Source: Escherichia phage pO2
Direction: 5' to 3' (one strand)
Sequence record: OR228483.1
DNA length: 39,037 nucleotides
The translations under genes and the position numbers were made by a program. Positions 38,436 through 39,037 of the stretch are shown in pieces. Under the pieces are notes generated by a model, which saw nothing but the letters and a program-made list of their open reading frames with translations, made no database searches and was not told the origin of the DNA. How positions within the stretch are numbered: position 1 is the first letter of the stretch; each line of letters opens with the position of its first letter.

Positions 38436-38690
38436 TCAGTTAGCGAAATAAGGAGCTGAGACGCCCGCTGTAGGACTCACGGCTATCTGCGAGTCTATCA
38501 GGTAGGTCTCGTTGTCTATACGCACAGTATCTACGCTGTAGTTGCTGAACGGCTTGCTTGAGACCTTGCGCACTACCACACGGTGACGCGCTCCTGTCAT
38601 CTCTTTAAGCTGAATCCACGCATAACCTTTAGTGTTCACGAATACGTCATTGCGATTAGTGATTGTGCTTAAGTGTTTCATAGTGTCCAT
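38436..38690 (-). CDS. Hypothetical first early protein, 84 aa, upstream of ocr
   Basis: Weak ribosome-binding site; no recognisable motif; position has no T7 counterpart. Confidence 0.45.
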   Translation of the reverse strand: MDTMKHLSTITNRNDVFVNTKGYAWIQLKEMTGARHRVVVRKVSSKPFSNYSVDTVRIDNETYLIDSQIAVSPTAGVSAPYFAN

Positions 38691-38700
38691 CCGTTAAGTT

Positions 38701-38757
38701 AGTGACTATCAGTCAGGGCCTTCAGATGTAGACTCAAAGACCCTGTAGTTAGTCGCT
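38701..38757 (-). promoter_or_regulatory. Early-region conserved hairpin element, copy 3 of 3
   Basis: AGTGACTATCAGTCAGGG ... CCCTGTAGTTAGTCGCT. Confidence 0.4.
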
Positions 38758-38873
38758 ATCGGCGCACATTAAGAGTTTATCCAGATTGTTAAAGAGCATT
38801 CCCTTCAGTCAGAGGACTTCAGGTAGACCATTTCAGTGTTGGTCATCACCGTTGTTTCGTGTTGATGTGGTAC

Positions 38874-38903
38874 ATACTACTTTAAGTCGGTACATCTTGT
38901 CAA
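38874..38903 (-). promoter_or_regulatory. Candidate host sigma70 early promoter (A-promoter analog)
   Basis: Minus-strand read TTGACA, 18-bp spacer, TAGTAT; upstream of all early genes. Confidence 0.3.
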
Positions 38904-39037
38904 CTACTTTCTGTCATCTGCCTGTTGTTCGTATGACTTATCAGGCTGTCTACTTAACCGGGATGACCCGGCGTCTTCACTATCCGGTTGTTGCCGTGTC
39001 GTGTTGACGGAAGCTATTAAGCCATAGTCTAGACCTG

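Overview
The window is a near-complete genome of a T7-like podovirus (Autographiviridae, Studiervirinae-type organisation), given as the reverse complement of the usual map: every credible gene is on the minus strand. Read from high to low coordinates it runs from an early region (an unknown first gene, an Ocr-like anti-restriction protein with a C-terminal extension, a helix-turn-helix (HTH) protein and small proteins, but no gp0.7-type kinase) through the single-subunit RNA polymerase, replication genes, virion structural genes and lysis/packaging genes. Structural genes include a capsid gene with a probable -1 frameshift extension and a tail fiber carrying a beta-helix depolymerase-type domain. 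Eleven copies of one 23-bp phage promoter motif (ACTAAACTATCACTATAGGGAGA-like), two intrinsic terminators, two families of conserved hairpins and short CTGTAGG repeats near the low-coordinate end are visible. Several small genes below the ORF-track size cut-off were found by hand, including a clear gp2 homolog. I did not find a clearly novel multi-gene system; the most interesting material is the uncharacterised early-region and interspersed small proteins and the RNA-level signals. All homology calls are from by-eye comparison with T7 proteins recalled from memory; no searches were run.
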